From Eledone cirrhosa (taxonomy: Eukaryota), in NCBI GenBank assembly GCA_964016885.1, contig OZ024741.1, positions 328,538,001 through 328,602,000 on the forward strand: a DNA stretch of 64,000 nt, read 5' to 3'. The notes beneath the pieces are model-generated. The model searched no databases. It was not told the origin of the DNA and saw only the letters and a program-made list of their open reading frames with translations. This document shows positions 1 to 11,877 of this stretch, one piece after another. The stretch's first letter is position 1; every line of letters begins with the position of its first letter. A program made the translations under genes and the position numbers.

Positions 1-262
1 CTGGTAATTTTGGCAAATGTCACGTAGAATTTTAGAATTATGAGTAGATATATCGTATATACTAAATATATGCTAAATGGATTTATTGTTGATTAAACGA
101 ATGAAGGAAATAATTGCCATATTATAGACATCACTGGTGTGGTAGAAAGGTACGTTTGTGAACCATTATGTTTAGAAATATGAATAGCTTTCAGTAGCAG
201 ACATGTGACAAAGAACGACCAACAAATGTCACTCAACTCACCAAATTCTTTTCTCTCTCTCA

Positions 263-328
<66 letters not shown>

Positions 329-543
329 TTCTCTCTCTCCCTCGCTTTCCCCCTCTCTCTCACTCCCTTTCTCTCCGATTACTTAATATACCGACTATCT
401 CATCTCAATGAGAAGATACCTAAAAATATCTACATTAGAGAATCACATAAATATAGAATAACTTCAACGACAGCATTCTACCCGTTGAGACTTTACATCA
501 GTTATTCTCTATTTCCCTATATATATATATGTATGTATGTATG

Positions 544-582
<39 letters not shown>

Positions 583-589
583 GTGTGTG

Positions 590-1193
590 TCAGGTCACCA
601 GTTGGTGCTACTGGTAACATGTCTCCCAGTACAAGCTGCCTCATGGTCGGGTCGTTGGCGACTAAACTGGCAACGCCACCAAGGTTTCTTGGTGAGGAGG
701 GTGACTTGGACATCCTGAAGTACTAAAAACAAAACCTGTCAAAGGGCAAAGGAGCTCTTAAGAGTCAATGGCCATCAAAAATCACCGGGAGAGATCACCC
801 CTTAGCCTTTGTCAAGACATATTTCTAGGAGAAGGAAAACTCTGATATAACACCTGCAACCCTGATGGTATCCAATGATGTTGACTTGTTCTTCTTTTTG
901 GTAAATATCATCTTGGTTAAGAGAGTGGGACTGGCTTTGTGCAGTGCCTTTGCTCGCTATAAAAGCTTCACGGCACAGGCATTGCTTTATATCTGGAGAT
1001 ATCTCTGCACTTGTCGTCACATGGTACCATGGGCCCAGCACTATGTATCAATAATTGTCACAAATGTAGTGTTTGTACCAGAGTTTTCAAGTCGCTGGCT
1101 GGACTAAAAAGTCACACTCGTTCAGCGCATCGGTAGGGGTTCTCGTACATTGATATAAAGTAGTGGCCGTACTCGAAAACGAGTTGGCAGCCA

Positions 1194-1196
<3 letters not shown>
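590..1196 (+). mobile_element. RTE-derived non-autonomous (bipartite) retroelement, full-length copy
   Basis: Near-identical inverted copy at 15862-16471. Contains an RTE 5'-type motif (GGAGAAGGAAAACTCTG). The 3' part encodes a C2H2 finger, CSVCTRVFKSLAGLKSHTRSAHR*, as at RTE ORF ends. Flanked by microsatellites. Confidence 0.7.
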
Positions 1197-1227
<31 letters not shown>

Positions 1228-1232
<5 letters not shown>

Positions 1233-1362
1233 TTTACATATATATATACATACGTATACATGTACGTGTTTTGCAACTGGTCACTTTGTGGCTCAATGAA
1301 AAATTAATAAATTAAACAATCAGAGCTATATATCATAAAACATGTCTATAGAATTACAAGAT
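1228..1362 (-). repeat. Terminal fragment of the hammerhead-bearing element family at 60979-62080
   Basis: Reverse complement of ~61940-62080 (GTGTTTTGCAACTGGTCACTTTGTGGCTCAATG...CATGTCTATAGAAT). Embedded in (TA)n. Confidence 0.8.
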
Positions 1363-1373
1363 ATATATATATA

Positions 1374-1699
<326 letters not shown>

Positions 1700-2869
1700 T
1701 ATATATATAAATTTTAGTACAGCATTAACAAAGCTTTAGATCGCGGCAAAGCTAACGAATGCAAATTCGGTATGTAGATTTAGCACTCGGATGGGGAAAA
1801 GTACTCCAGAGTAATAACAATACATTTAGATAGCTTAGCAAATCAAATATAGCGAGCGGCAGTCCAGCCGCATCACCAGAGCAACGAAAATACAGGACTC
1901 AGGAAAAGATTTTATAAATAGTAATGCAGGAGATTACTTCATTTTCTCCTATCTCATATGTATAATAAAATATAATTATTGTGGTTAATGTAATATTTTT
2001 GTATGTGTCTGCTCTGGAATACAAAGTTTTCGCATCTACTTTCCATTTGGAGATGATTTATTTCGATTTATTTTTGCTTGTTTTGTATATATATATGTAT
2101 ATATAATAATTCATAACTTTATAAATAAGCTGTCTCTAATACGTAATCATCTCAATTAAAGGATAAGCTAGATTAGTTAATTATCTACTCAAAGAATTAT
2201 AGAATATATTAAATTTAAGGCAAAATCTTATTTTGGGAGAATATATACTAGAATGGCTGGTTTTTACTGACATACTTCACCGACATCTTTTCTGAAGAAA
2301 GAATTCTCCTCCCGATGAAAGACCTGAAATTCGACCAATATTGGTAATTTCTATGTCTTGGAATTACTTATGTTGTTCTCTGAACTCCAGAAACCATGGA
2401 ATTATGTAAGTAAAAACCGACATATTTTAGCCGATCTACTTTATATCCACCCAAAATGAGATTATAACTTACGTTTAATATGTTTTATTGTTTCTCTGAG
2501 CAGATAATATATTGATAAATCTTATCCTTTCATTGAGATGTTTACGTATTAGAGATAGTTAACTTTATAAAGTTATGAATTAATATTGACTGCTCCATCA
2601 TTATTGAGCTGATTCGAAGGGGTTTGGATGTTATTTCCAGCGTTAATATAGCCTCGTCGTATTATTCTAATACATTAATTGAGATATATTCATATAGTAA
2701 TTCAACGATGCAATACGTTGTTCACCATGCGGTCTAGCAACGACATGGTATGCATGATATTTATTCAACTTATTTCCTTATTCTAAGAAAGATTTTCCTC
2801 CGGCTGAAGGAAATGTATATAAATTAACATTTTTATTTATTAAATATTATTTACAATTTGCGTCTAGAC

Positions 2870-2955
2870 AAGTTTCTCTGGAAATAGGGTTAGGAAGTTG
2901 GGGCTATTACATGGCCGTGAGGATGACGATGGCCCAAAAAGTTTGAGAATATCTG
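2870..2955. mobile_element. Possible degenerate hAT-type MITE
   Basis: Imperfect 8 bp flanking repeat GTCTAGAC (2862) / GTTTAGAC (2956). Decayed termini AAGTTTCTC ... GAGAATATCTG. Confidence 0.4.
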
Positions 2956-3189
2956 GTTTAGACGATTTGATAACACATCCAGATAAGGCAAAGAATAATT
3001 CAAACCTCGAATGTGATTTTGCAGTCCAGAGCAAGATAGGTAAAATACCGTTCAGAGTTTAATCTAATCAGTAAATTCCCAATCACAGTACTGCTACAGT
3101 ATCACAAAATATATAAAATGATTTAAAATAACCAGGATTGATTACATTAGATTATTTAAGATTTAATTTAATCGTGGTTATTTTTATTC

Positions 3190-3257
<68 letters not shown>

Positions 3258-3369
3258 TTGAAAAAAATGAAAACGAAATTTCATTTCTCACTCTTAGTAT
3301 GGCACTTACTTAAATGTAAGTATGTATGTATACGTACATACATATATGTATACAGACGTACAGTAGCAA

Positions 3370-3421
<52 letters not shown>

Positions 3422-3584
3422 GCATACAGGTACACATACATATATGCACGCATCAGTTTAGCCTACGTTTATTATAACGCCGGCCGCTTTGTTCGTTTGT
3501 TTGTCAACAAAGCGAACAGCCTGAATTTATGCCATACGGTGTTAAGGCAACCACGTCACCTTTTTGTTCAACACTGACACAGGA

Positions 3585-3627
3585 ACGATGTACTAGTTTC
3601 AAGCTTGTTAGCTATCATCAGCACCGT
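3585..3627 (-). ncRNA. Type I hammerhead ribozyme (minimal)
   Basis: Minus strand reads ACGGUG-CUGAUGA-U AGCU AACA AGCU U-GAAAC-UA-GUA-CAUCGU. Stem I has 6 bp, stem II 4 bp, and stem III is the palindrome ACUAGU. Confidence 0.85.
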
Positions 3628-3865
3628 TTACCCATCTGCCAGATAGTTGAACGTTCGAAAGTATATACTTTCCTTATGAAAATTAACGGCTGAGCAGCCT
3701 AATTTGCATATAGAGTGAGTTAAATCGGTCAGGCATACCGAAAACGATAAGTTGAAAAAAATGAAAACGAAATTTCATTTCTCACTCTTAGTATGGCACT
3801 TACTTAAATGTAAGTATGTATGTATACGTACATACATATATGTATACAGACGTACAGTAGCAAGC

Positions 3866-3896
<31 letters not shown>

Positions 3897-4070
3897 TATA
3901 CACATATGCATACAGGTACACATACATATATGCACGCATCAGTTTAGCCTACGTTTATTATAACGCCGGCCGCTTTGTTCGTTTGTTTGTCAACAAAGCG
4001 AACAGCCTGAATTTATGCCATACGGTGTTAAGGCAACCACGTCACCTTTTTGTTCAACACTGACACAGGA

Positions 4071-4113
4071 ACGATGTACTAGTTTCAAGCTTGTTAGCTA
4101 TCATCAGCACCGT
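4071..4113 (-). ncRNA. Type I hammerhead ribozyme (second tandem copy)
   Basis: Identical to 3585-3627, 486 bp away. Confidence 0.85.
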
Positions 4114-4646
4114 TTACTCATCTGCCAGATAGTTGAACGTTCGAAAGTATATACTTTCCTTATGAAAATTAACGGCTGAGCAGCCTAATTTGCATATAGA
4201 GTGAGTTAAATCGGTCAGGCATACCGAAAACGATAAGTTGAAAAAAATGAAAACGAAATTTCATTTCTCACTCTTAGTATGGCACTTACTTAAATGTAAG
4301 TATGTATGTATACGTACATACATATATGTATACAGACGTACAGTAGCAAGCATATATATATATATATATATATACATATATATACACATATGCATACAGG
4401 TACACATACATATATGCACGCATCAGTTTAGCCTACGTTTATTATAACGCCGGCCGCTTTGTTCGTTTGTTTGTCAACATGTGTTTGTATACATGTGTAT
4501 ATATATGTATATATATGTATATATATATATATATGTATATATATGTATATATATATATATATGTATATATATGTATATATATATATATATGCTTGCTACT
4601 GTACGTCTGTATACATATATGTATGTACGTATACATACATACTTAC

Positions 4647-4680
<34 letters not shown>

Positions 4681-5156
4681 TTATGAAACGAAAGGAGCAG
4701 TGTGGTTACTAAAGCAAGGTTTAGGATGGTGGTTAGGAAGGAACAGGAGGAGAACGAAAGAAAGGAGTTGCCATCGTCAGCTGTAAATGTTTCCCGAACC
4801 GATGTTTCGGCGCTGAATTACAGGACATCGGTGTAGTTCGGGTGCGCCCGAGGCCTTTTATTAATCAAAAGGCCAGATGGAAAAGAAGAGAGAAAGAGGG
4901 AAAACAAAGAGAAAGAAAAGGAAAGAGAGGGAAAGGAAGAACAACAGGGGGGGGAGGAGAGAGGAAGAAGGGTAAAATAGGAAAGGAATAGAAGAAAAAA
5001 AAGTGTACAGGTCCCATCGTGGGAAGATACAGGTGAAAGAAACTTGTAAAAATATATATATATTTATATATATATCAGACCGTGCTGAAGATCCGCATAA
5101 GATGAAACTTTTGTTCGAGGTATAGTGAACTAATTGTTGTTGAACTACTTATATAT

Positions 5157-5212
<56 letters not shown>

Positions 5213-5629
5213 CTCGGGTCTCGACTAATCAAACACCCCCACGCACACACACACCGCTCCCATTTATTAGACTTTCCTATTTTTTTTTCAGCCGTCCAGC
5301 TCTTATCCACCCTGCTGATTAAATTTTGCAGATCAATCCGGATTCAGGCAGCACAAATATTCCTTCCGACACGCAGAGCGTAAGAAGACAAGCCTCTCCA
5401 TCGTATCTGGTGTCAACGCGAAAAAGCAAAACCCTAGCAACTACGCTGACCTAACATTACCATACCCTTGAGGGTGTTGCAGAAGCCGAAACCACATGGC
5501 GCCGATGTCGGGATTTTACATATCTCTATACCTAATCTATATCCCCCATCTATTGTGTACCCATTTGATTAGTGGTTTCCTCGGTCTCAACACCGCAGAC
5601 TCAACTTATATACATGCATACATACATGA

Positions 5630-6164
5630 TGATGGCTGCGCCCTCATTATCGAGTATGGCCATTGCACGATATACCATTATTACTAATTATTAATTAATT
5701 CTATCATGCAATACCTGTGCGTGAAGATATTGTTTAAAGTGACGAAAGACTGTGCACTGAGCCAACCTCACTCTCTGAGCGACAGTAGCTATAACCCAAA
5801 AAGAAGAAAAGATCAACATCATCGGTAACTACTGAGCCGCAGGTTTTATATCGGAGTTATCCCAGTTTCCTGAGTTGCCTTCTCCTAGGAGAATGCCCTG
5901 ACAAAGGCTAGGGGTCCTTCACTCCCAGTGGTTTAACTGCGAGGTACATGTGTATATACATATTTATACACTTTTGGATGGCCGTTGACTCTTATGAGTT
6001 TTTCCGCCCTTTGTCAGGTTTTGTTCTTTTGTCCTGCAGGGTGTCTAAAATCACCCTCCTCACCAAGTAAACTTGGTGCGGTTGCCGGTTTAGTCGCCGA
6101 CGACCCGATCATGCGACAGGTTGTACTAGTTTACATGTTACCAATAGCATTCAAGAGTGACCCG

Positions 6165-6165
<1 letters not shown>
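5630..6165 (-). mobile_element. Diverged relative of the RTE-derived non-autonomous element
   Basis: 5975-6165 resembles 16280-16470. 5634-5662 matches the 3' terminus (GGCTGC...CGAGTATGGCCA). Confidence 0.55.
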
Positions 6166-6218
<53 letters not shown>

Positions 6219-6369
6219 ATACTTTGGGAGGGTCATGTTGCCAATAAGAAACACACGCACCAGTTGCTTTCACTTCAATTTAATTTATTAAATATTTATA
6301 AATTTACAAATTTATAAATTTCTGGTTGGTTGATTGGTTCCACAACCAGATAGTTGTTTATATATATAT

Positions 6370-6414
6370 AGTCATAGTTCTTTCGTCACACACTCTGTGA
6401 ACTCTTCAGTGACT
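6370..6414 (-). ncRNA. Type I hammerhead ribozyme in PLE pseudo-LTR
   Basis: AGUCA-CUGAAGA-GUUCACA GAGUG UGUGAC-GAAAG-AA-CUA-UGACU. Stem I is AGUCA/UGACU. Confidence 0.75.
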
Positions 6415-6749
6415 GGGGATTTCGTTCTTCGTTTCTGTGTCTTTCCTTTCTTCTATCCTACGCCATTTTGTTTGTGTGTGGGTTGCGTGCTCAGTTTGCG
6501 CATGCGCCACATCCGGGTGTCTGTGTGTGTTTGTGTTCATTTTTCTATTTATCTATTTATATTTTTTATATTTTTTTATATTTTTTTTATATTTTTCTAT
6601 TTGTTTGTTTATTTATTTATTTATTGTTGGTTGGTTGTTTGTTCTATGTGTGTGTGTGTTTTCATTTTGTCTTGTGTGTGTTTTCATTTTGTGTGTGTTT
6701 TCAATTGTAAGTTGTTTGTTCTATGTGTGTGTGTGTTTTCATTTTGTCC

Positions 6750-8183
6750 TTAATTGTAAGTTGTGATGTTGCTGTTCCACTCATATTTTCTATTTAATTT
6801 TGGTTTTAATTCTTTTATGCTTACTGCCTCTGTAATTTGCCTAAACATTGCGTCTTTCTTGTGTGTGGATTCTATTTTTATTTCTATGCTCTCTAATTTA
6901 CCCCTGTGTTCTATCTTAGCATGTTGGTAGAGCACAGATGATTCTTTACTATCTTGGAGGTCTCGCCAGTGTTCATTTATTCGTTCCCCTATACTACGAG
7001 CTGTCTCACCTATGTACACTACATTTTTGTTTCTACATTGTCCTTCAGTACATCTTATGCTATATACTACATTTCTAGTTTTACAGTTAATATGGGGGCT
7101 TATTTTACAGGTTATACATTTCTTATCTATACATGAGGGTCTTTGGAACGGGTATGTCTTGCTAATAAGTGTTTTTACGGAGGTACCAGGTCTTTCTACT
7201 ATCTTAATATTGAGATTATGTTTCTTTAGGGCCCTTCTAAATTTGTAGGCTAGTTCGCCTCTAGGGGTTGTATTGATGAACATTACACTCTGGTATTTAT
7301 TGCTATCATACCATGAGTTTATTCTATTGGCCTTGTTCTTAGTTCTTTCTATTCTATTCCAAAATTTGCTCCTATACAAGGGGCAGGTCCCATTTATGTC
7401 ATTATTTACCATTTTTTCCCATTTGGTTCTGGCTCCTTTATACACTCTGATTCTATCTCTCTGATTGTAGCCAGAGAACTGCATACGGTGGATGAAGTGT
7501 TGTATGTGTCTCTCTAGTTCTTCGGGGTTGCACATGCGGGACACATTTCTCATCACCCGTACCAAATCCGCAATCAGTATGTTGATTTTGGTATGGTCCG
7601 AAATGGCCGAGTTTCGGTGGATCAGATGTTTGGAAGTCATGGGTTTGGCATAATGGGAATGGAGGATTTGTTTTTGGTTGTTAATAGTATCTAACCAGAG
7701 CTCTGTGTCTAGTACAGGTAATCGATGGTTGGGGTGTCTACTTGGGTAGTCTATAGTAACTCTAATGCTCTGGTGGATGGAGTTTGCTATTTGCTGGATG
7801 CTTTCCATTGTGTTTTTCTCTAGTTCCTGACTGTTCTTTAGTGGGGGTGTCTTAACTACGATGTTTATATCATCTACGTAGCGGGAGTACATTATCAGGG
7901 TTAAGCTGTCTTCTAATTGTTCATTAAGTTTTTGTTTAAGTCTACTGTCCCACCATACCATGAATAAGTTAGCTATGTCGCCTGCAATGCTAACACCAAT
8001 GGCTGCTCCTTCCTCTTGGGCATATGTTTTACCATTAAATTTGAACATATGTTCCTTAAGGGTTAGTTTTATGCTGGCCCCTACCGCATGTGCAATCATT
8101 TTCTTCAGTTCATCGTGGTTTTCGGGTGTCCGTATGGCTCTGGTCCACCCGTTCCATCTATCTGTGTGGGTTTTCTTGGCCAT
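6750..8183 (-). CDS. PLE reverse transcriptase (C-terminal part) plus GIY-YIG endonuclease, uninterrupted 477 aa
   Basis: Motifs QEEGAAIG, SRYVDD, LPVLD, C-x4-C-x2-C linker, NVVYSIRC...VYIGETAR, FRQITEA, P-x-LN. Confidence 0.92.
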   Translation of the reverse strand: MAKKTHTDRWNGWTRAIRTPENHDELKKMIAHAVGASIKLTLKEHMFKFNGKTYAQEEGAAIGVSIAGDIANLFMVWWDSRLKQKLNEQLEDSLTLIMYSRYVDDINIVVKTPPLKNSQELEKNTMESIQQIANSIHQSIRVTIDYPSRHPNHRLPVLDTELWLDTINNQKQILHSHYAKPMTSKHLIHRNSAISDHTKINILIADLVRVMRNVSRMCNPEELERHIQHFIHRMQFSGYNQRDRIRVYKGARTKWEKMVNNDINGTCPLYRSKFWNRIERTKNKANRINSWYDSNKYQSVMFINTTPRGELAYKFRRALKKHNLNIKIVERPGTSVKTLISKTYPFQRPSCIDKKCITCKISPHINCKTRNVVYSIRCTEGQCRNKNVVYIGETARSIGERINEHWRDLQDSKESSVLYQHAKIEHRGKLESIEIKIESTHKKDAMFRQITEAVSIKELKPKLNRKYEWNSNITTYN

Positions 8184-8541
8184 TGAGGTAATGGTAGGTG
8201 GTCTGCCTCTTGCTCTTGCTGGTCTTGTAGGGCACAGGTTGCTAAGGTCATAAGTGTCTAGGTAACTATTACTATGGGTAAGCTTAAGCTTTCACTCCAC
8301 ACAGAGTGTGTGACGAAAGAACTATGACTATATATATATAAACAACTATCTGGTTGTGGAACCAACCAACCAACCAGAAATTTATAAATTTGTAAATTTA
8401 TAAATATTTAATAAATTAAATTGAAGTGAAACAACTGGTGCGTGTGTTTCTTATTGGCAACATGACCCTCCCAAAGTATAACAATATCGGTTTCAACACA
8501 CGATTTCAGATAAAGAATCTTGCTAAACAAATTCAGAAACG

Positions 8542-8603
<62 letters not shown>

Positions 8604-8906
8604 CTAAATTCAATAAGAGCAATGATTAGTAATATTATTATTATATTTGTATACATCTACGGTCGTAGATGCATGTTCAGCTTAACTCGTCTTACTGATG
8701 AAAATAGAGAACTATTGCACTCTAATCTCATATATATATATATATATATATATTGTTATACTTTGGGAGGGTCATGTTGCCAATAAGAAACAGACGCACC
8801 AGTTGCTTTCACTCCAATTTATTATAAATTAAATTATAAATTTAAGAAATCTATAAATTTCCGTTTGGTTGGTTGGTTCCACAACCGGACGGTTGTTCAT
8901 ATATTG

Positions 8907-8948
8907 TTAAAGTTCTTTCGTCACACATTCTGTGACCTCATCAGTGAA
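8907..8948 (-). ncRNA. Hammerhead ribozyme, stem I weakened
   Basis: CUGAUGA-GGUCACA GAAUG UGUGAC-GAAAGAACUU on the minus strand. Confidence 0.55.
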
Positions 8949-9040
8949 CGGGATTCTTTTCTTTGTTTTATGCCTCTCCAAAAACAAGATGGCGTAAGAC
9001 AGAACAAAGGAGAAGCACAAAACAAAGAAAAGAATCCCCG

Positions 9041-9083
9041 GTCACTGATGACGTCACAGAATATGTGACGAAAGAACTTTGAC
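9041..9083 (+). ncRNA. Type I hammerhead ribozyme
   Basis: GUCA-CUGAUGA-C-GUCACA GAAUA UGUGAC-GAAAG-AA-CUU-UGAC. Confidence 0.7.
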
Positions 9084-9310
9084 AATATATGAACAACCCC
9101 CCCGGTTGTGGAACCAACCAACCAACCGTAAATTTATAAATTCTTAAATTTATAATTTAGTTTATAATAAATTGGAGTGAATGCAGCTGGTGCGTGTGTT
9201 ACTTATTGGCAACATGACCCTCCCAAAGTATAACAATATCGGTTTCAACACACGTTTTCACATAAAGAATCTTGCTAAACAAATTCAGAAACGAAATATA
9301 TATATATATA

Positions 9311-9467
9311 GTTTTAATATAGAAGAGATTCTACAGGACTAGAACTGTTTCATTCGTGAGAAATCATCAGGAATATCTTCTATATTAACACTTTTATACT
9401 CTGCTATGTATTGAGTACCTTACTTACTGTGGTTACCTCCGTTTCAACCCGGAATAACTTACCTTAT
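9311..9467. repeat. Mini fold-back PLE-end remnant containing a partial hammerhead
   Basis: Inverted arms at 9311-9331 and 9371-9391. Between them the minus strand reads CUGAUGA UUUC UCAC GAAU GAAAC AGUUCUA GUC. Tail runs to 9467, with (TA)n flanks. Confidence 0.55.
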
Positions 9468-9810
9468 ATATATATATACATATATCTGTGTGTGTATGTT
9501 CTTGTTCGTATATTATTAAATATCTTCTCGATTCATTTTCCTCCCTCTCTACCTCTATGAAATTCAATATCAACTTGAAAGAAAACAATGATTCATTGGT
9601 CAATGAACTTACTTTTTATATAGCAATGCTATTTCTCCAAATTGAGGGATCACAGCTCCGACATTGCTGAGATATGGTTAGAATGTCTAGAAAAAGAATT
9701 TTTGGTATCAATGGGTTATTGACCCATGTCAAATCTATTAGTGGTGTGGGGGGGGGGGGATTGGCAACAAAAGACAGTGAAGAGGCTGCAGGTTGCCCAT
9801 GACTGTTCTA

Positions 9811-10079
9811 TATATTAAGAAAAACGAAGTTGTTTCGTTGACATGTATTTAGTTTTTTTATCTTACGCGCGTTTGGAGAAGATTGGATCAAGGTCACTCA
9901 TAGAAGTTATGGACTCGACTCACCAGTTTGGTGAGCACATCGATAGTGGAGTCGGATCCCTAATTTCTATGACTTTGATGACCTTGAGCCAATCCTCTGC
10001 GAAACGCGCGTAACAGGTCGATGCACTATAAAAAAAAATCACTTTATGTAAACGAAACTTCATTGCATTTCTTAGTGTA
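9811..10079. mobile_element. Palindromic MITE-like element
   Basis: Imperfect long inverted repeat: TATTAAGAAA/TTTCTTAGTG, TTACGCGCGTTT/AAACGCGCGTAA, TCAAGGTCA/TGACCTTGA, CATAGAA/TTCTATG. Confidence 0.7.
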
Positions 10080-10794
10080 TACATATGTGTGTGTGTGTGT
10101 GTCTGTCGGCCTGTCTGTCGGTTAGTCTGTCTGTCTGTGTCCGCGCATACGTGTGTATATACATATATGGCTGGAATTATGAATATCTATATATGGCCTT
10201 CACAATTAATATTATTTTACGTATATTCCGTCAAGGACTACCAAATAATATTTGAAATGATACAAAAAAGCATTTGAACGCCGGACAGAATGCTTTGGTT
10301 TGTTAGTTCCGGTTTTCTACTCTCTATCTTTGAAACCTGCCGGGGCTCCCCTCTACTTTTCTCCAGTAAGTGATCGATAAAAAATGTATTAGTCCAGTAG
10401 TGCGGTCGATCTACTTCCATATAGTTTTATCATTTCTTCTCTATGACTTCAGGCTCTATCTCTGGAAGAAATAGACTGTTTTCAAACCTAGAGAGCGGAG
10501 AGCGCTCCATCAAGTTTTAAATTACCAATGCACGGTCTATATCAATACGACATCCCTACGACTCAGTCACGAGTTACAGTCCTATAGAAATATATATCTA
10601 CATTTCTGAGACCATCCTAATAAATGACATTCTCTTCATGTCTAAGCATTAAGGTTATCTGAAGTAAAAGCAAGTTTTTGGAACGGTGAATCAATCAGTT
10701 TCTGATAAGAGCCATATAGAATGTTTTCTTTAAGGAAAGGGTAAACATATTCACCAAGCACATCGCAATAACATTACGTACACTTAGAAATAAA

Positions 10795-10831
<37 letters not shown>

Positions 10832-10846
10832 CAAACATATATATAT

Positions 10847-10919
<73 letters not shown>

Positions 10920-10974
10920 TATATATATGTATATATGAATATATATGTATACATATATATATATAAAATATACG

Positions 10975-11024
<50 letters not shown>

Positions 11025-11145
11025 CGTGTGTATGTATTTATGTATGTATATATATATATATGTAAATATATATATATATACATATGCATATATGTGTATA
11101 TACATATATGTGTATATACATATATATATATATATAAATATATAT

Positions 11146-11178
<33 letters not shown>

Positions 11179-11384
11179 CATACATATACACATACATATA
11201 TACATATGTGTGTGTGTGTACATATATATGTATATATTGATTTAAACATTAGAGTGTATATATTACAGTATATAGCCTTGGAATATAATGATATATTACG
11301 TAATGTTACATATCTATCCAGCTATGTTGCTTCGGATGAAACATTCCCAATTACTTTCTACGAAACACACCTACATCTACATAC

Positions 11385-11447
<63 letters not shown>

Positions 11448-11454
11448 ATATGTA

Positions 11455-11499
<45 letters not shown>

Positions 11500-11556
11500 G
11501 TATTCTCAGAGACATATATATATAGAGATATCTATATATATACATATATTCTCAGA

Positions 11557-11627
<71 letters not shown>

Positions 11628-11638
11628 GCACACACACA

Positions 11639-11698
<60 letters not shown>

Positions 11699-11877
11699 TA
11701 TTTCGTTTCTGAATTTGTTTAGCAAGATTCTTTATCTGAAATCGTGTGTTGAAACCGATATTGTTATACTTTGGGAGGGTCATGTTGCCAATAAGAAACA
11801 CACGCACCAGTTGCTTTCACTTCAATTTATTATAATAAATTTATAATAAATTTATAAATTTATAAATTTATTATAAA

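Larger units (their letters stand above)
3255..4650 (-). mobile_element. Retrozyme-like tandem repeat: ~2.5 head-to-tail units of ~486-494 bp plus a short inverted piece
   Basis: Units start at 3255, 3749 and 4235 (AAGTTGAAAAAAATGAAAACG). Inverted segment at ~4588-4650. One hammerhead per full unit, no protein ORF, flanked by (TA)n. Confidence 0.85.
6214..8545 (-). mobile_element. Penelope-like element, 5'-truncated, with inverted pseudo-LTR
   Basis: RT plus GIY-YIG ORF. 6214-6399 is the reverse complement of 8298-8485. The right arm has a ~60 bp extra tail. (TA)n on both sides. Confidence 0.9.
8752..9297. mobile_element. ORF-less fold-back element made of two inverted PLE pseudo-LTRs
   Basis: Arms ~8752-8978 and ~9009-9236 are homologous to 6214-6435. 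Same tail (ATCGGTTTCAACACACG...CAGAAACGAAAT) as 8486-8545. Confidence 0.85.

Noticed and set aside
5077-5122. Hammerhead-like CTGAAGA...GAAAC TTTT GTT
   Set aside because: Stems I and II pair poorly. Possibly a decayed ribozyme, but not supportable.
9608-10790. Possible minus-strand host exons (AG/GT-bounded stretches near 9614-9687, 10240-10582, 10600-10783)
   Set aside because: The frames I tried contain stops and I recognise no protein family. BLASTX or RNA-seq would be needed.
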